DNA of 64,000 nt, taken from Azolla caroliniana (taxonomy: Eukaryota > Plantae > Polypodiophyta). Positions 1-11,917 of the stretch are shown in pieces (the first letter of the stretch is position 1; every line of letters begins with the position of its first letter). The notes under the pieces are model-generated. The model saw only the letters and a list, made by a program, of their open reading frames with translations. It was not told where the DNA came from and searched no databases. The translations under genes and the position numbers were made by a program. Where the stretch lies: NCBI GenBank assembly GCA_043228905.1, contig JBHGNT010000031.1, positions 1 to 64,000 on the forward strand, in the 5' to 3' direction.

Positions 1-574
1 TCCCACATTGTAACGCATCCCTCTCCTTGTACTATAAAAGGAAGGGATCACCCTTTGGAAAGGGGTTGCCCATTTTGCAATAGAGGGTATACCGTTAGGT
101 TTAGAATTAGGTTCTTCTTCTTCCCCTTCTTCGTGTTTCGCTTAGGGTTTGCTTTGGTTCGGCCTCCTGTGCAAGACCCCGCTCGGCGCGACGAGCCAAG
201 GGCTCCCTGACGGCGGCTTGGTAGCAGATGACTATTGTAACTTACCTCAGTCCGGCTCGAAGCCGGGGATGTATTCTTCTGTTTATACATATATATATAT
301 TTGCGTCTGTCTGTGTATATTCGCGTCCATGTTCGTGTCGGGTGTTTCCCCTTTTCCTGCGTTTCCTGTACATGAGGGCGCGAGGCGGGTCAACATGTCT
401 GTGTGTGCGTGAGTCGGTGTTAAGCGCTCTCTCCCTCTCTCCCCTCGGTTGCTTCCGGTGTGCTTCTAAGATGCCCCGGGAATGGTGAAGCCCGACTTCC
501 TACGCTCCAACACTCCCTAGTCCAAGACCCCTGTGGTCCCGCCCTTCTACACGCACGCGAGTAATAACGCGACA
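1..574 (+). mobile_element. Partial LTR (3' LTR or solo LTR) of the element-G family, inserted in opposite orientation into G
   Basis: Reverse-complement similar to 3964-4550; ends ...TAACGCGACA at 574; no PBS follows; 5' part lies outside the window. Confidence 0.85.
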
Positions 575-3500
575 ACGCTCGCCTTCCTGTAGGCTCGTTC
601 GACCCGTCGATGGGTCCTCTGCTGCGATCTCCGTAGTACGCGTACTTCAGTTGGCCCTTGTTCGGCCGTATGAACGCCCCGCTTCCCGTCGTATGCCTGA
701 TGTCCTCCGCTTGAGGCATGCCCGTAGTGGCCCGCTTGGCCTCCGTTGTCCAATCGTGATGTCCCGATGGTGTTTCGCGTTGCCTTCGTCTTTCTGCTGC
801 CACCTTCCTTCTCCATGGTCTTACATCGCCGCGTCGGCTCGAACCGCCATGGTCTCCGGAATTGCGTGGAAGATCTCTTTCCGGCCCGATCGAGCATCGC
901 CACTTACCCGCGTACCGGTGTCCTTTGCATCCGAGGAACACCCCGTAGTAGCCCGCTTGGCCCTTCCCGTCTTCGTGCTGCTGCAATAGGTCTTGAGTCT
1001 TCCGCTTGCCGTCGTCCCCTCGCCCCCACCAGCTTGTCACTGTCAGTCTTCACTACTTCAACGGAGCTACCGAGATCTACGAAGCGAGTGTGGAGGATCC
1101 TCCTCCGGCCTCTCTTGCCATCCCCTGACTCCGACCCTGTGCAGTCCACTAGGCTCTTGTCACCTCATTCCCGGCATCTCTCTTGCCGTCTTCCGCTTCC
1201 TTTGTTCCGCACCGCCCGTGCCGAACACTGTCTCGTAGTCACGCTTTGATCCGGCCCGCGATGGCCACTTGCGAGACTCTTATTCCGTCCAAGGTGTGCC
1301 TTTCCGGCCTAACACACCTCCCCGTGTTTGCCGCTACCGGCTCCTTCCGAAACCTCGTGTCGTCGGGTCCCGTTCCCTACCGCCACCTTCTTTCTCCCTC
1401 GGTCTTACGTTGCCACGTTGGGCGAACAACCGGTGTCTCCGGATCGGTGTGAGGGTCCCATAGGACCGGACTTCGTTTCTATGCTGGCCGAAATTCGGGT
1501 GTCTTTTGTTTGAGTCCCTCCCGGACTCTCCTCGTGTCTTCCGCTTAGTCGGGTCCCGTTTCCCGCAGCCACCAACCTTCTCTCTCGGTCTCATGTTGCC
1601 ACGTTGGCCGAATTGCCGGAGTCTCTGGTTAAGTGTGGGGATCTTGTAGGGCCAGACTTCCTTACGCCCACTGACCTTGCCGGAAGGTCCGATTTGGTTC
1701 GTGGCCGCTTCGCCGGCCTGATACCTCCTTCGTAGCCCTTGCCTTCGTCACCTCGCCGCCACCGTCAGTATCTTGGTCTTACGTTGACCGCGTTGCCGAC
1801 TGCCGAAGTCTCTAGAACCGGTGTGAAGGGTCCTCTGTAGGCCGTCGATCCGTAGCCCTTGCCTTCGTCGCCTCGCCGCCACCGTCCGTATCTTGGTCTT
1901 ACGTCGACCGCGTTGCCGACTGCCGAAGTCTCTAGAACCGGTGTGAAGGATCCTCCGTAGGCCGTCGATCCGTAGCCCTTGCCTTCGTCACCTCGCCGCC
2001 ACCGTCAGTATCTTGGCCTTACGTTGACCGCGTTGCCGACTGCCGAAGTCTCTAGATCCGGTGTGAAGGATCCTCCGTAAGCCGCCAATCTGTCTTCCCG
2101 ACCCTGTCTCGGGTCGTCCTTTTCCGCATGCCGAGAGGGCGGTTTACTTCGCACCCTCTCTGGTGGTACCGACGTACCGTGTCCTCGGCCTCTTCGTAGG
2201 CCTGCTCTCTTCCTCCCTCCCGGAATGGTCATCCGGGAGTCCGCTCCGCCCGGTTCTCATCTGGGTCCGTTCGTCCTTCTCCGGATTGCCGAGTCCCGTT
2301 CTCCTGTCGCCACCGATCTCTCTTATCGGACTCAAGCCGGCACTCGGGCCTGCAGCCGGATCGGTGTAAGGAATCCCATAGGACCGGCTTTCATTCTCTT
2401 CCCAAATCTCGACCTTCGCCTGGTCGGTCTTTCTCCCCATGTAAAAGAGGGCGGCTCGTCCCGCACCCTCTCCCGTATCGGCACCTTCATGCCGAATCCG
2501 GCCCTAATCGAACGATCTACGGCCGGATTACGCTCCACCCGTATCGAAATGCGGATCTCCTCGTGCCGTGTCCACCCTCGGCCTCCTCATAGGCCGTTTC
2601 CCATCCGTTTTCGCTGGCATCGTGCCAGGACTCCTCGGTACCGCCATCCATCTCCTCGGTCTTACATGGGCATACGGGCCCGAATGCCGAGTTCTCAGGA
2701 ATCGGGTCCGTGGGCTTTCGTCCGTTCCTTCCCCGTATTGTCTCGCGGGTGATTCTTGGCCTTTCGCCGCCGCCTTCCTCCGTTCGGGACTCACATGGGC
2801 ACTTGGGCCCGACTGCCATTGTCTCGGGAGCAAGTGTGGGAAGACACAAAGAATCGCCCGTCCGTTTTTCGCCCTTGTCCATAGCCACCGACTCTTCGTG
2901 ATCGGCGGTCGTCTTCTTACTCATCGCGCAAGCCCCATCTGGGCTTTCTTCTCCAATGACCGGGATCTCGGGCGGACACGCCCGAAACTACTGGTCCCAA
3001 CGTTTCGATTCCTCGATCGGTATCTCGGCCTCGTCCTTGGCCGTTCTAGCTCTGCAAGTCGAGAGGGCGATTTGTTCCGCACCCTCTCCCGTGGTACCGT
3101 GGTACCGATCTTCCGCCGTCGCGTGGGGCAAGTCCGTCTCCTTGGTCTCGGCTTGCGGCCTCCATCTTTCCTCTTCCTCAATCATCGCCTCGAGAGCTGC
3201 GTACGCCTCCGCAATCCTTGCCCCAACGCCGACCCTTGCTGACTCTCTTTGCCGTTCGGCCTCTTCCCGCTGTGATGGCACGCCATCGCGTACCTTCCTC
3301 TTAGCCTTCTCGGCTCGCTCATCATCTAGCCTTTGGCACACCCTTCCGACCTTCGACCAGTCCTCCGTAAGCCCATTCGCTCCATCATCGTCTTCAAGCT
3401 CAATCCCGATGGCGTCCCGTTCCGCTCGGTCGATCGACCTGACGAACAATAGGACCTTGTCCGCCCCCACCAAACCTTGTTCCCGCTCTGGGAGCCGAGC

Positions 3501-3926
3501 AAGCCGTCGCTCGAACTCTCGGAACGCCTTCGTCGCGCCCCGGTGGGTCTTTGTCGATGCTACCTACTGGTCGAAGTCGTGCCGTCTCCGACTCTTCCGC
3601 CGTCCTCCGTATACCTTCAGGAGCGCCTCTTCGAAGGCCTCCCACGAACTATGAGCCTCACGGAGCTCCTTTATTTCCGCATGCATCCGGACAGCCACGA
3701 TCCGACAGAAGAACTCCAGCCTCAACGCCTCGTCTACGCCACACTCCTCCATTTCCGCGTTGTAGGCTTCCAAGTAAGATGGGACTTTGTCCCTGTTGAA
3801 ACGGCCGACTCTTTCGACCACTCGCTCAACCGCTTGTTGCGCTGCTTCTCGCCTCATCACCACTCGTGCCGACTCCAACACCACTTCGGCCACCATCTCC
3901 GCCAGGTCGTCGTCTTCTGACTCCAT
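575..3926 (-). pseudogene. Disrupted gag plus low-complexity repeat tail of element G
   Basis: ORFs 3564-3926 and 2988-3473 (VERVGRFNRDKVPSYLEAYNAEM; LEDDDGANGLTEDW) align by eye with E ORF 23642-25732; stops and frameshifts; PETSAV-type repeats downstream. Confidence 0.75.
1731..2087. repeat. Tandem repeat, 3 x 120 bp
   Basis: CGTAGCCCTTGCCTTCGTC... recurs at 1731, 1851 and 1971; unit length is a multiple of 3. Confidence 0.95.
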
Positions 3927-3941
3927 CCTCCCTTGCCGCTC

Positions 3942-3959
3942 TTCACGTCGGGTTCACCA
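3942..3959 (-). promoter_or_regulatory. PBS of G, tRNA-Trp
   Basis: Minus strand TGGTGAACCCGACGTGAA, complementary to plant tRNA-Trp 3' end (…UUCACGUCGGGUUCACCA, from memory). Confidence 0.85.
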
Positions 3960-3963
3960 AATA

Positions 3964-4719
3964 TGTTGCGTTGTTACGCGTGTGCGTGGAGAAAGGCGGG
4001 ACCACGGGGGTCTTGGACTAGAGAGTGATGGAGCGTAGGAAGTCGTGCTTCACTGTTTCTGGGGCATCCCAGAAACACACCGGAAGCAGCCGAAGGGAGA
4101 GAGAGAGAGAGCGTGCTTAACACCGACTCACGCACACACACACACACACATACACACACACACATCCCAACCCGACTCACGCCTTATGTACAGAAAACGC
4201 AGGAGAGGGTAAGCACCCGACGCCAACAACGACGCGAATATACACAGACAAACGTATATATATATAGAAGAATAATACATTCCCGGCTTCGGGCCGGACT
4301 GAGGTAGGTTACAGTAGTCGTCTGCTGCCAAGCCGCCGTCGGGGAGCTCTCAGCTCGTCGCGCCGAGCGGGGTCTTGCACAGGAGGCCGAACCAAGAAAA
4401 TCCTAAGCAAACACGCAGAAAGAGAAGAAGAAGAAGAAACTAACTCTAAACCTAACGGTATACCCTCTAATGCAAAATGGGCAACCCTATCACAAAAGGG
4501 CGTTCCCTTCCTTTTATAGAACAAGGAAAGGGATGCGTTACAATGTGGGACAAATCCCGACTTACATGGGATCGTCTGCCCCAACTTGACTACTCTTCGG
4601 CGCCATAAAGGCGCCCTCGATATTCACACTAAATGTACATGGGTGCGTACACACGCTGCACCCCGCCGATGTAGCCAATGTTTCTCGGTTTCCGCCTCTG
4701 GCCGAAATTCTTCACGACA
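3964..4719 (-). repeat. 5' LTR of element G
   Basis: TG...CA ends; TATAAAAG on minus strand; (CA)n and (GA)n tracts; PBS adjacent. Confidence 0.85.
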
Positions 4720-6041
4720 CCGTTGCGCGCGAACTTGGACAGTGGCTCACAGCTAGCCAACGCGCTCTTGTATACATTCTTTGCGTTTTTTCTCCCCAAA
4801 TAATAGTAATGTAATGAATGCCTTACTAAAGAAAGTTGTGTGCTATGTAAGTCTACATAAGTATGTTTTAAGTTGGAAGTAAAACGTTGTGTCCATTATA
4901 GTATTCTAAATGATAAATGATAAATTCTTGCTGAATGAAATTAGGATTCTCCATGAAGACCAACTATTTTTCATGGACTCATGAACTATGACTATGATTT
5001 AAAACGTATCATTATTATGGCTATCTCCCTTAATTTAGAATGTGCCCTCTATGTATATATATTACAAAAACTAAAATAAAAACTGCAAGTAGCATTCATG
5101 AATTTTAAATTATTGACATTGATATGTTAGAATTTGTTAAGATTGATCTATTTTTTGAAATTATTGACAATTTTTGTTCATTCCAAAATCCTTAACACTA
5201 ATGTATTGTGTAGAAACAATAGGATAGACTCAAGTATTCTTGAATTTAAAGACAAACATATGGTGATGTTTTGAACTCTACCAATTACTAAGGAAACATT
5301 AAAGGCATTTGTGTAAAAGTGAAAATCAAGCATAACATAAGAATATGCACATTTATTACAAGCCATGAACACATGAAACACATATTATGGGTAACGAAAA
5401 ATGTATATTGGTTCTAGGTAAACAAGTGTCAATATATAAGATCAACATATTTAGTCTTATAAATGGGGTTTAATCATGTTTCCATTGTGCCTACGATGCA
5501 TATAAGGCTCAAATACCCAATGGAGTGTACATCCACAAAAAAATGTGTGGCAGTACATTTGTGAGAACATAGACAACTTGTGTATATGTCTCGTGATTGC
5601 TTCAAATATGATGTCCAAATATGATCGTAGATCCATTGGTGGTTTTTGAAGATGGCATGTGTTTTGTACAGATGGCTAGTCGGTCCAAGACCTTCATAGA
5701 CTTTGATGCGGATTGGGGTGAAACAATACCCTATGAAGGGAGGTATGGCATGAATCATTTCTCAACTTTATATTGTGTATAAATAGTGATGTTTGTGTGC
5801 TAACTTGAATGGTGGTTTAGGGTTTTTGTAAGAAAGGGTGCTAGCTGCCCCAAATCCAACAATATGGATGCTGAAAACATCATTACTGGAGACTCGAACA
5901 TGGATACTAACCCCATACATGACGTGGGGCCAGGTGTTGAAGATATCAGTGTAAATTGTGACTTGATGTACATTCTTATAATCATTATTGAAGTAAGTAT
6001 ATATTGGGTTTTTCTAATGCAAATGTCACACCATTGTTGTA

Positions 6042-6593
6042 GTGGACCCCATGTCCCTCTTCAAGGTGGGAAGAGACTCGATAGGTATCAAATGTCGCAC
6101 ATGTATCTTTGGAGATTCATGTAGAAAAGAGGTACGATGGTTTCGCAAAAAAGCTGACATGGAGGCTCACTTACAGAAGGCACATGGCATTCATGTAGTA
6201 CTGCCTCGGGGGCTAAAGATAGAAGAAGAAGAGCAATTGACCTCCATGAGGAGTACAACCACGTCATTCTTCAACCACTACAAAAGACAACGATCAATAA
6301 AGCGTTTTTTGGAATCTCCGAAACTAAAGTACAACAGATCACACCAATCACACATGAGGAAGTTGAGGACAAGAGCGATTAAGATCTTCAAAGCCACTCC
6401 GGACGCACTTCAAACATCCAAGGAGGCCGATTTCATTGCCCAATTCGTCAGCCAACAGATGGCCAAGTATGACGAGGGAAAGGAGCATAGGATGGCAAAA
6501 TTGAAGTTGAAGATTGCGGATGTGTCTGAAGCTTATGTAAGTAAGGTTTATGATTATGTGTGCATCTTATGTGAGTCTAAATCTAGTGTGTGA
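6042..6593 (+). CDS. Hypothetical, possibly transposon-associated protein fragment with C2H2-like motif
   Basis: CRTC...HLQKAH spacing; 6245-6417 duplicated at 7175-7344; gene structure unresolved. Confidence 0.3.
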   Translation: MDPMSLFKVGRDSIGIKCRTCIFGDSCRKEVRWFRKKADMEAHLQKAHGIHVVLPRGLKIEEEEQLTSMRSTTTSFFNHYKRQRSIKRFLESPKLKYNRSHQSHMRKLRTRAIKIFKATPDALQTSKEADFIAQFVSQQMAKYDEGKEHRMAKLKLKIADVSEAYVSKVYDYVCILCESKSSV

Positions 6594-7400
6594 ATGATTA
6601 TGTGTGAATCTTATGTATGAATTTTAGTGTAAGAATCATGGAATTCCCATGCCAGAAGATGAGACACATGTCAAGATCGATGGTGGTCAAGACCAACTGT
6701 CAGAATCAACAACCCAACAACCAAGGAGGCCTCGACCCTAGAAAATTGTCGTTCATTACATCATCTGACATAGATGAGGGTGTAGACATTGGGATTGTCT
6801 TTGTTGGTCCTGGGACAATCACAAAAACATGGGATAACACAACAAGAAATAAGTTCACTAGGTATGCCGTTATGGTGGGGGCATGAGATCAATAGTTAAC
6901 TTCATGTTTTTTTTGTAGTTACTAATCTGGCCTAATAAACAGGTTTCAGGTGGCTTGTCGACGATTAGATCTAGCGGTATTTTTGACAGAGGTAGAACTA
7001 TGTTCGTTGTGCACTGTAGGGGAGATGGCATCCACATGGATGATGACCCTCTTCCACTATAGGGGAAACAACAAGTTAATTGAATCAAGTGCTTGCAAAA
7101 AATTACATGGTTCTTACACTGTTGAGTCAAGTGTCAAATTAATTTCATTGACAACCTACACAGGAAGATGGTCTCATGAGGAGTACAACCACATCATTCT
7201 TCAACGAATACGAAAGACAACGATCAATAAATCGTTTTTTGGATCCGGAGCTCAAGTACAACAGATCACGCCAATCACACATGAGGAAGTTGAGGACAAG
7301 AGCGATAAAGATCTTCAAAGCCACTCCGGACACACTTCGAACATGCGAAAAATCATGTTGTACTTTGTAACATCAAACATGTGGATTGGAAACTTTTTTT

Positions 7401-7620
7401 TAATATCAAATCAATATTTGAATCTCATTTTGGTTGTATATGACTCAATGTGGACTTTATTTGAAAATCATTTTGTAATATCAAATCAATATTTGAATCT
7501 CATTTTGGTTGTATATGACTCAATGTGGACTCTATTTGAAAATCATTTTGTAATATCAAATCAATATTTGAATCTCATTTTGATCTCATTTTGAATCTCA
7601 TTTTGGTTGTATATTTGAAT
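7401..7620. repeat. Tandem repeat, ~75-bp unit, ~2.5-3 copies
   Basis: TAATATCAAATCAATATTTGAATCTC at 7401, 7476 and 7551. Confidence 0.9.
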
Positions 7621-7818
7621 TGTATTTCTCTCCTAGGAATTGTTTTGGGTGTCAAAAGAATAAAACTAATAGCTTATTGACAAGTAGTCAAGGCAATGGT
7701 TTTTGAGAAAGGCCAAGAAAGAGTAAGTATATAGAAAGAGTGTTGTAAACAAAGAATGTTGTTGTAGAAAGAGTAATTATATAGAAAGAGTGCTTCAGTC
7801 CTTGTTGTAAACAATACA

Positions 7819-7923
7819 AAAGACATAACAAGACTCAATGTCAATCTTATTCAAAGACATAACAAGACTCAATGTCAATCTTCTTCAAAGACATAACAAG
7901 ACTCAATGTGAATCTTATTCAAA
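7819..7923. repeat. Tandem repeat, 3 x 34 bp
   Basis: AAAGACATAACAAGACTCAATGTCAATCTTATTC x3. Confidence 0.9.
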
Positions 7924-8160
7924 AGGGAGCTTGACTGATTAATGTGGAACCCGACTCATTCATGTTCATTAAAAAAGGGAGCCCCACTCATTAAAAAAGT
8001 GAGCCCGACTGATTAATGTGGAGCCCGACTCATTCATGTTCATTAAAAAAGGGAGCCCCACTCATTAAAAAAGGGAGCTCGATTGATTAATGTGGAGCCT
8101 GAATCATTAATAGTCATTAAAAAGGGAGCTCGACTCATTAAAAAAGGGAGCCCGACACAG
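7922..8160 (+). repeat. Array of GGAGCCCGACT motifs (~74-bp higher-order unit x3), candidate MULE subterminal repeats
   Basis: GATTAATGTGGAGCCCGACTCATT... at ~7937, 8011 and 8085; inverted motif x3 at 56020-56070. Confidence 0.75.
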
Positions 8161-8436
8161 TAATAGGGAAGTGCCCAACTACGTGTAATGATGGCATCTC
8201 AACAGTCATATTAACGACTACAGTAAATTAATTCACCAAATTCAGTAGCATGCACTAAGAGTCTTCCCATCATTCCCAATTAACCTATTCCCTTCCTTAA
8301 CAGTCTATTAATCACTCGCACACATATCATTCACTCTCATTTTCGATCATTAATCTACTCCATTCATGTGAATTATTTGAATTCATTCACTTCATTCACC
8401 TCAATCACTGGCATTCTTGATCATATTGTATTTGCT

Positions 8437-9365
8437 ATGGAGAGCACAATGCATCATGGTGTCTTCACCATGTCAGAAGATGAATTGGAGGATACGTCAT
8501 GGTCATCCAATGCATCCGAGGACGAATTGGAGGATCCTTTTGAGTCATCAGATTCCGATCGTGAGGATGAGGCGGTCGATCCCTTCATGTATTGTTCCCC
8601 TAGGTATTTTGCATTTTCAAGAGGTACGTATAATTTGATGATTAAAGATTTATTGGGACAAGTTAAGGTAACATTGGAAGCATTACGTGATGTCACGAGG
8701 GGAGCACCTCTTTCACTTCATGCATGGAGGCGCATGAAGAGTCGTCTCATACTCGGGAATGAGAGTGCAATTTACCTTAAAGCATCACCTAATCTTCAAG
8801 TCTTATACGTCGAGAAATGGATGGTAGTATTAGTGTCACATGGTGAGACATCCCATCACATGTTTTCAAAGACTCTTAAAGAGTTAAAGCTAGTTTATGC
8901 GATTGATGTACGTGATTATGGCATCCCACCGGAGTACGTGAAAGCACTCATTACAAGTTGTGGTTGCCAAACAGTATCGAAGGTCGACTCGATAGAAGGT
9001 TTGGGATCAAGCATGGCCAAATATAACAAGACCCTACCCATAGAAGTCATCAAGGTAGAAACCCACCAATTAGATGATGCGCTCACGGATTTGCAAACCA
9101 AGTACCACACACGTTTAAGGAAAGGAGTCAAGAAGGTGACTAGGTATAGTTTCCATTGTGTTGGGACATCTCAACTTGCATCTAATTCCCCTCGACGACG
9201 TAGGTGCACACCCCGATGTGGGTGCACATTCCATGTGGACGTTAGAATCAATGATGATGTTGACATTGAGACACTTACCATTTCAATATATGGACCTCAT
9301 AGTGGTCATGTACCATGTAGTAGGTTGGATGTGTACCATTTGCCAGTACACCCCAATGTCATAAG
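8437..9365 (+). pseudogene. MULE transposase, 5' part (WRKY-GCM1/FAR1-type zinc finger)
   Basis: YSFHC...RCGCTFHV...HSGH; removing A and one ATAAG restores HPNVIS-CCKDDLFDVGCARHVARMSM in frame with ORF 53973. Confidence 0.85.
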
Positions 9366-9850
9366 TGTTAACCGTTCTGTTGGAAACACCTTCGATATGC
9401 CTACAAGCTATCGATATCAAGGGAAGTGAACGTGAAGACTTGTGCATGGAGGCGTCGTTAGGGGAAGAAAACAGAGAGCCTACCCGGAATAGAGCCTGGG
9501 TCGTATACGTAATCGAGACCTTAGAAACGACGGCACACAGATGAAAACAACAAGAGCTAATAGATATGTATTACTGCAAACAGTTATCAATGATTACAAA
9601 AACACGGCTCCCAGCCGGTGACCTTACAAAGTTCTTATATCTATGAAACGACCTTGCCTAGGCTCTAGATATCTCTCCCCTACCAAGGTACGCAGACCTC
9701 GGTTTATATATTTTTTCTTCATACAGATCCGAGCGGTCGGCTGACTGTGAGGCTCGAAACTCGGCATTTACCTAACTCTACCTTACCTACTCTCCTTACC
9801 TACCGGCGTATTACATTTAACTCATTTATATTTTTGGCCTATGGACAACA
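9366..9850 (-). repeat. 3' LTR of A
   Basis: Direct repeat of 53440-53924; TATATAAA on minus strand. Confidence 0.95.
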
Positions 9851-9852
9851 CT

Positions 9853-9956
9853 TGGCACGCCTGTGGGATAGAACTTTGTTTGTCAGACCCACGGTTTACC
9901 ATGGATTTGGCAAAACAACACGAATTACAAAAATTGTTCGTTCCTACGAGGGCGTA
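9853..9956 (-). other. tRNA-like element in place of PPT (element A)
   Basis: Minus strand TACGCCC...CGTGGG...CCCACAGGCGTGCCA-AG then LTR; no purine tract. Confidence 0.65.
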
Positions 9957-9966
9957 TAGGTTGGTT

Positions 9967-11917
9967 TTATTCCTCTTCCAATATGCTGAGGATATCCTTT
10001 GGGGCGTGGGGTTGGGCTGGCTGCTCGGCAGGTGGGGTTGGTGATGGAGGTTGTGTTGCCGAGTTGGGGATGGCGGTGTCGTCGTGTGTGCCCTCCTCTG
10101 TTGGGACCGATTCAGGCGGGGTCGGGGTTATAGTCTGTGGCTCTGGTGGAATGTGGGGGTTTGTAGGGGCAGGTTCCTCCGGTCTAACTACCGTGGTGAA
10201 TGGTTCGGTTGGGATGTGGAGGTCGGTTGGGATGTGGAGGTTGGTAGGGGCCGATTGTTTCGGTCGAGCTGCCGTGGGGAGTGACTCGGTTCCTTGCTCG
10301 GTGTTTGTGGGAGCTCTATGACTCCCAGTAGCGAGTCGTTCTTCCTCGTACGGTTCGGCTTCTAAACGAAACACCATTAGATTGTCGTTGAATTCCTCCA
10401 AGAGTTGCTCGATGGCCGCGGTGTGGGATGTTGCCAAGGTATGATATTCTTCCTTTAAGTCTTCACGTAGAGTCTACATGTTGGTGTCATCCATCTTGTA
10501 AAACCCTTGGCCCTCCTTCCGTCGGTTCTCGGCATCCGCGAGTAGTATGTGCAGGTCCGCAACTTGGACTGACCACTCCTGCCAGACATGGTCAAGCGTT
10601 TCTTTGATCTTCGTGGTGAATTGCTGGCGATACTTGTGGATTAGGGTCTTGATTTTGGTATAGTCCATGCCGATGCTCGCATGGTGAACTTCTAGTGCCT
10701 CCCTTGCGGGCTTGGCTTCGGCTTGGCTTTTGTGGGCGAAGAGTGCTAAAGTAGCTTGATTATCCTTTGCTTTTTCAGTGATGAGTGCGATGGTTTGTAC
10801 ATAACGGTTGGTGAGTTGAGCTACAGTTTTGTCCCTTTCTTGTCGCCAAGCGTCTCGGTGTTGTTCTTTGACGGCGATGTGCTCGGTTTGAAACTTGTGA
10901 TATGCATCGGAAATTTTTGCTCGTTGCTCCTCGGAGATCCTCCACTTTTGCATATGTTCGTTGGCCATATGCTGGAAGGCTCTTTGACGTCGTAATTCCT
11001 GGTTGTCTGCGAAGAGATCTTGTTCTCGTTGACAATTCCGCTTAGTTTCTTTGATGAAATGTTCCTTAGCCTCAGTGATAGAGACCTGGAGGTTCATCAC
11101 CTCTCGTTCTCGTGCTTCAAGCACAGTCGACCTTTCAGCAAGCAGTCGCTTGAGGTTCGCTTCGCGGCTCGCGGCTTGTTCCCGTTGCTAGCCAAGAATG
11201 TTGTTGTGGTTCTGTTCTGCCAACTCGGCCAGAGCGATCTGGGCCTGAAGCTCCTCCTGATAGTCCCTAAGGGGAGGCCCTGTCTGGGTTGCCGCTTGCC
11301 GGATTTGGGCCGAGGACGCCCTGTCTGTCTATGTCGCTTGTTCCATGACAACCGGAGGTGGTGGCGTTTGCGTGGAGGCTTGGTTGGTTTGGGGGTGTGG
11401 GATGATATCTGCCCGTGACGATGGCTCACTTGTCTGTACCGAGTCCATCATTGTGTTGGCCTCGGCCATGGATACCTCGGGGTGGGTGGTGTCGTCTTTG
11501 TGTGCGACAGTACCTACAACACTCGGGCTCGGGTTTAGAAGAGTGGCTAGTGAGACAACGTCACTCGGCGCAAGGAGGATTAAGGGCGGTTGTTGCTGCG
11601 TGAATGTCACCAGTTTCTCCTCGGCGGCTTGCCATAGGTCGGTAGCCCATTTGTCTTGTTGATGCGCCGTTTTGATCCGTCGAGCCATGTCCTTGGCTGC
11701 CCGAGTAGTGTGGTGTAGATTGCGATATACCTCGACTAAGGCCATGTTCAAATCCGGTAGTTCCATGAGTGAAGCATTTTGTACTTGCTTCTTCCGTCCT
11801 ATCTTCTGTAAGGCTCGATCCTCGTGAGGTTCGATTTCACCCATTCGAGTGCGTTGAATCATCTTCGTTTTGGCATGCTCCTCGACCATACGAGCGGCGT
11901 CAGCTACTTGGGCGCGC
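9967..11917 (-). pseudogene. Extra 3' ORF of A (coiled-coil, Pro-rich C-terminus), interrupted by C
   Basis: ORFs 11329-11955, 10474-11124 and 9967-10437 are homologous to B ORF3 (ADAENRRKEG.GFYKMD; RLEAE.[YF]E.ERLA); continues at 46569. Confidence 0.75.

Larger units (their letters stand above)
575..4719 (-). mobile_element. Element G: non-autonomous gag-only (TR-GAG-like) gypsy derivative; 3' end interrupted or outside the window
   Basis: 5' LTR 3964-4719 (minus strand TGTCGTGAAG...CGCAACA); PBS; gag homologous to element E ORF; no RT/RH/IN motifs seen in 575-3926. Confidence 0.8.

Noticed and set aside
1-4719. DIRS-type or TIR element from the inverted repeats
   Set aside because: Both repeats are ordinary LTRs with CA ends; the copies are diverged; no tyrosine recombinase or transposase between them
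5474-5758. Minus-strand His/Cys-rich ORF as a gene
   Set aside because: Short; no recognisable domain or gene structure
7401-8160. CRISPR-like array
   Set aside because: Contiguous minisatellites without unique spacers; eukaryotic context
11912-11917. 6-bp TSD GCGCGC for C
   Set aside because: Only 4 bp restores collinearity with the homologous B sequence
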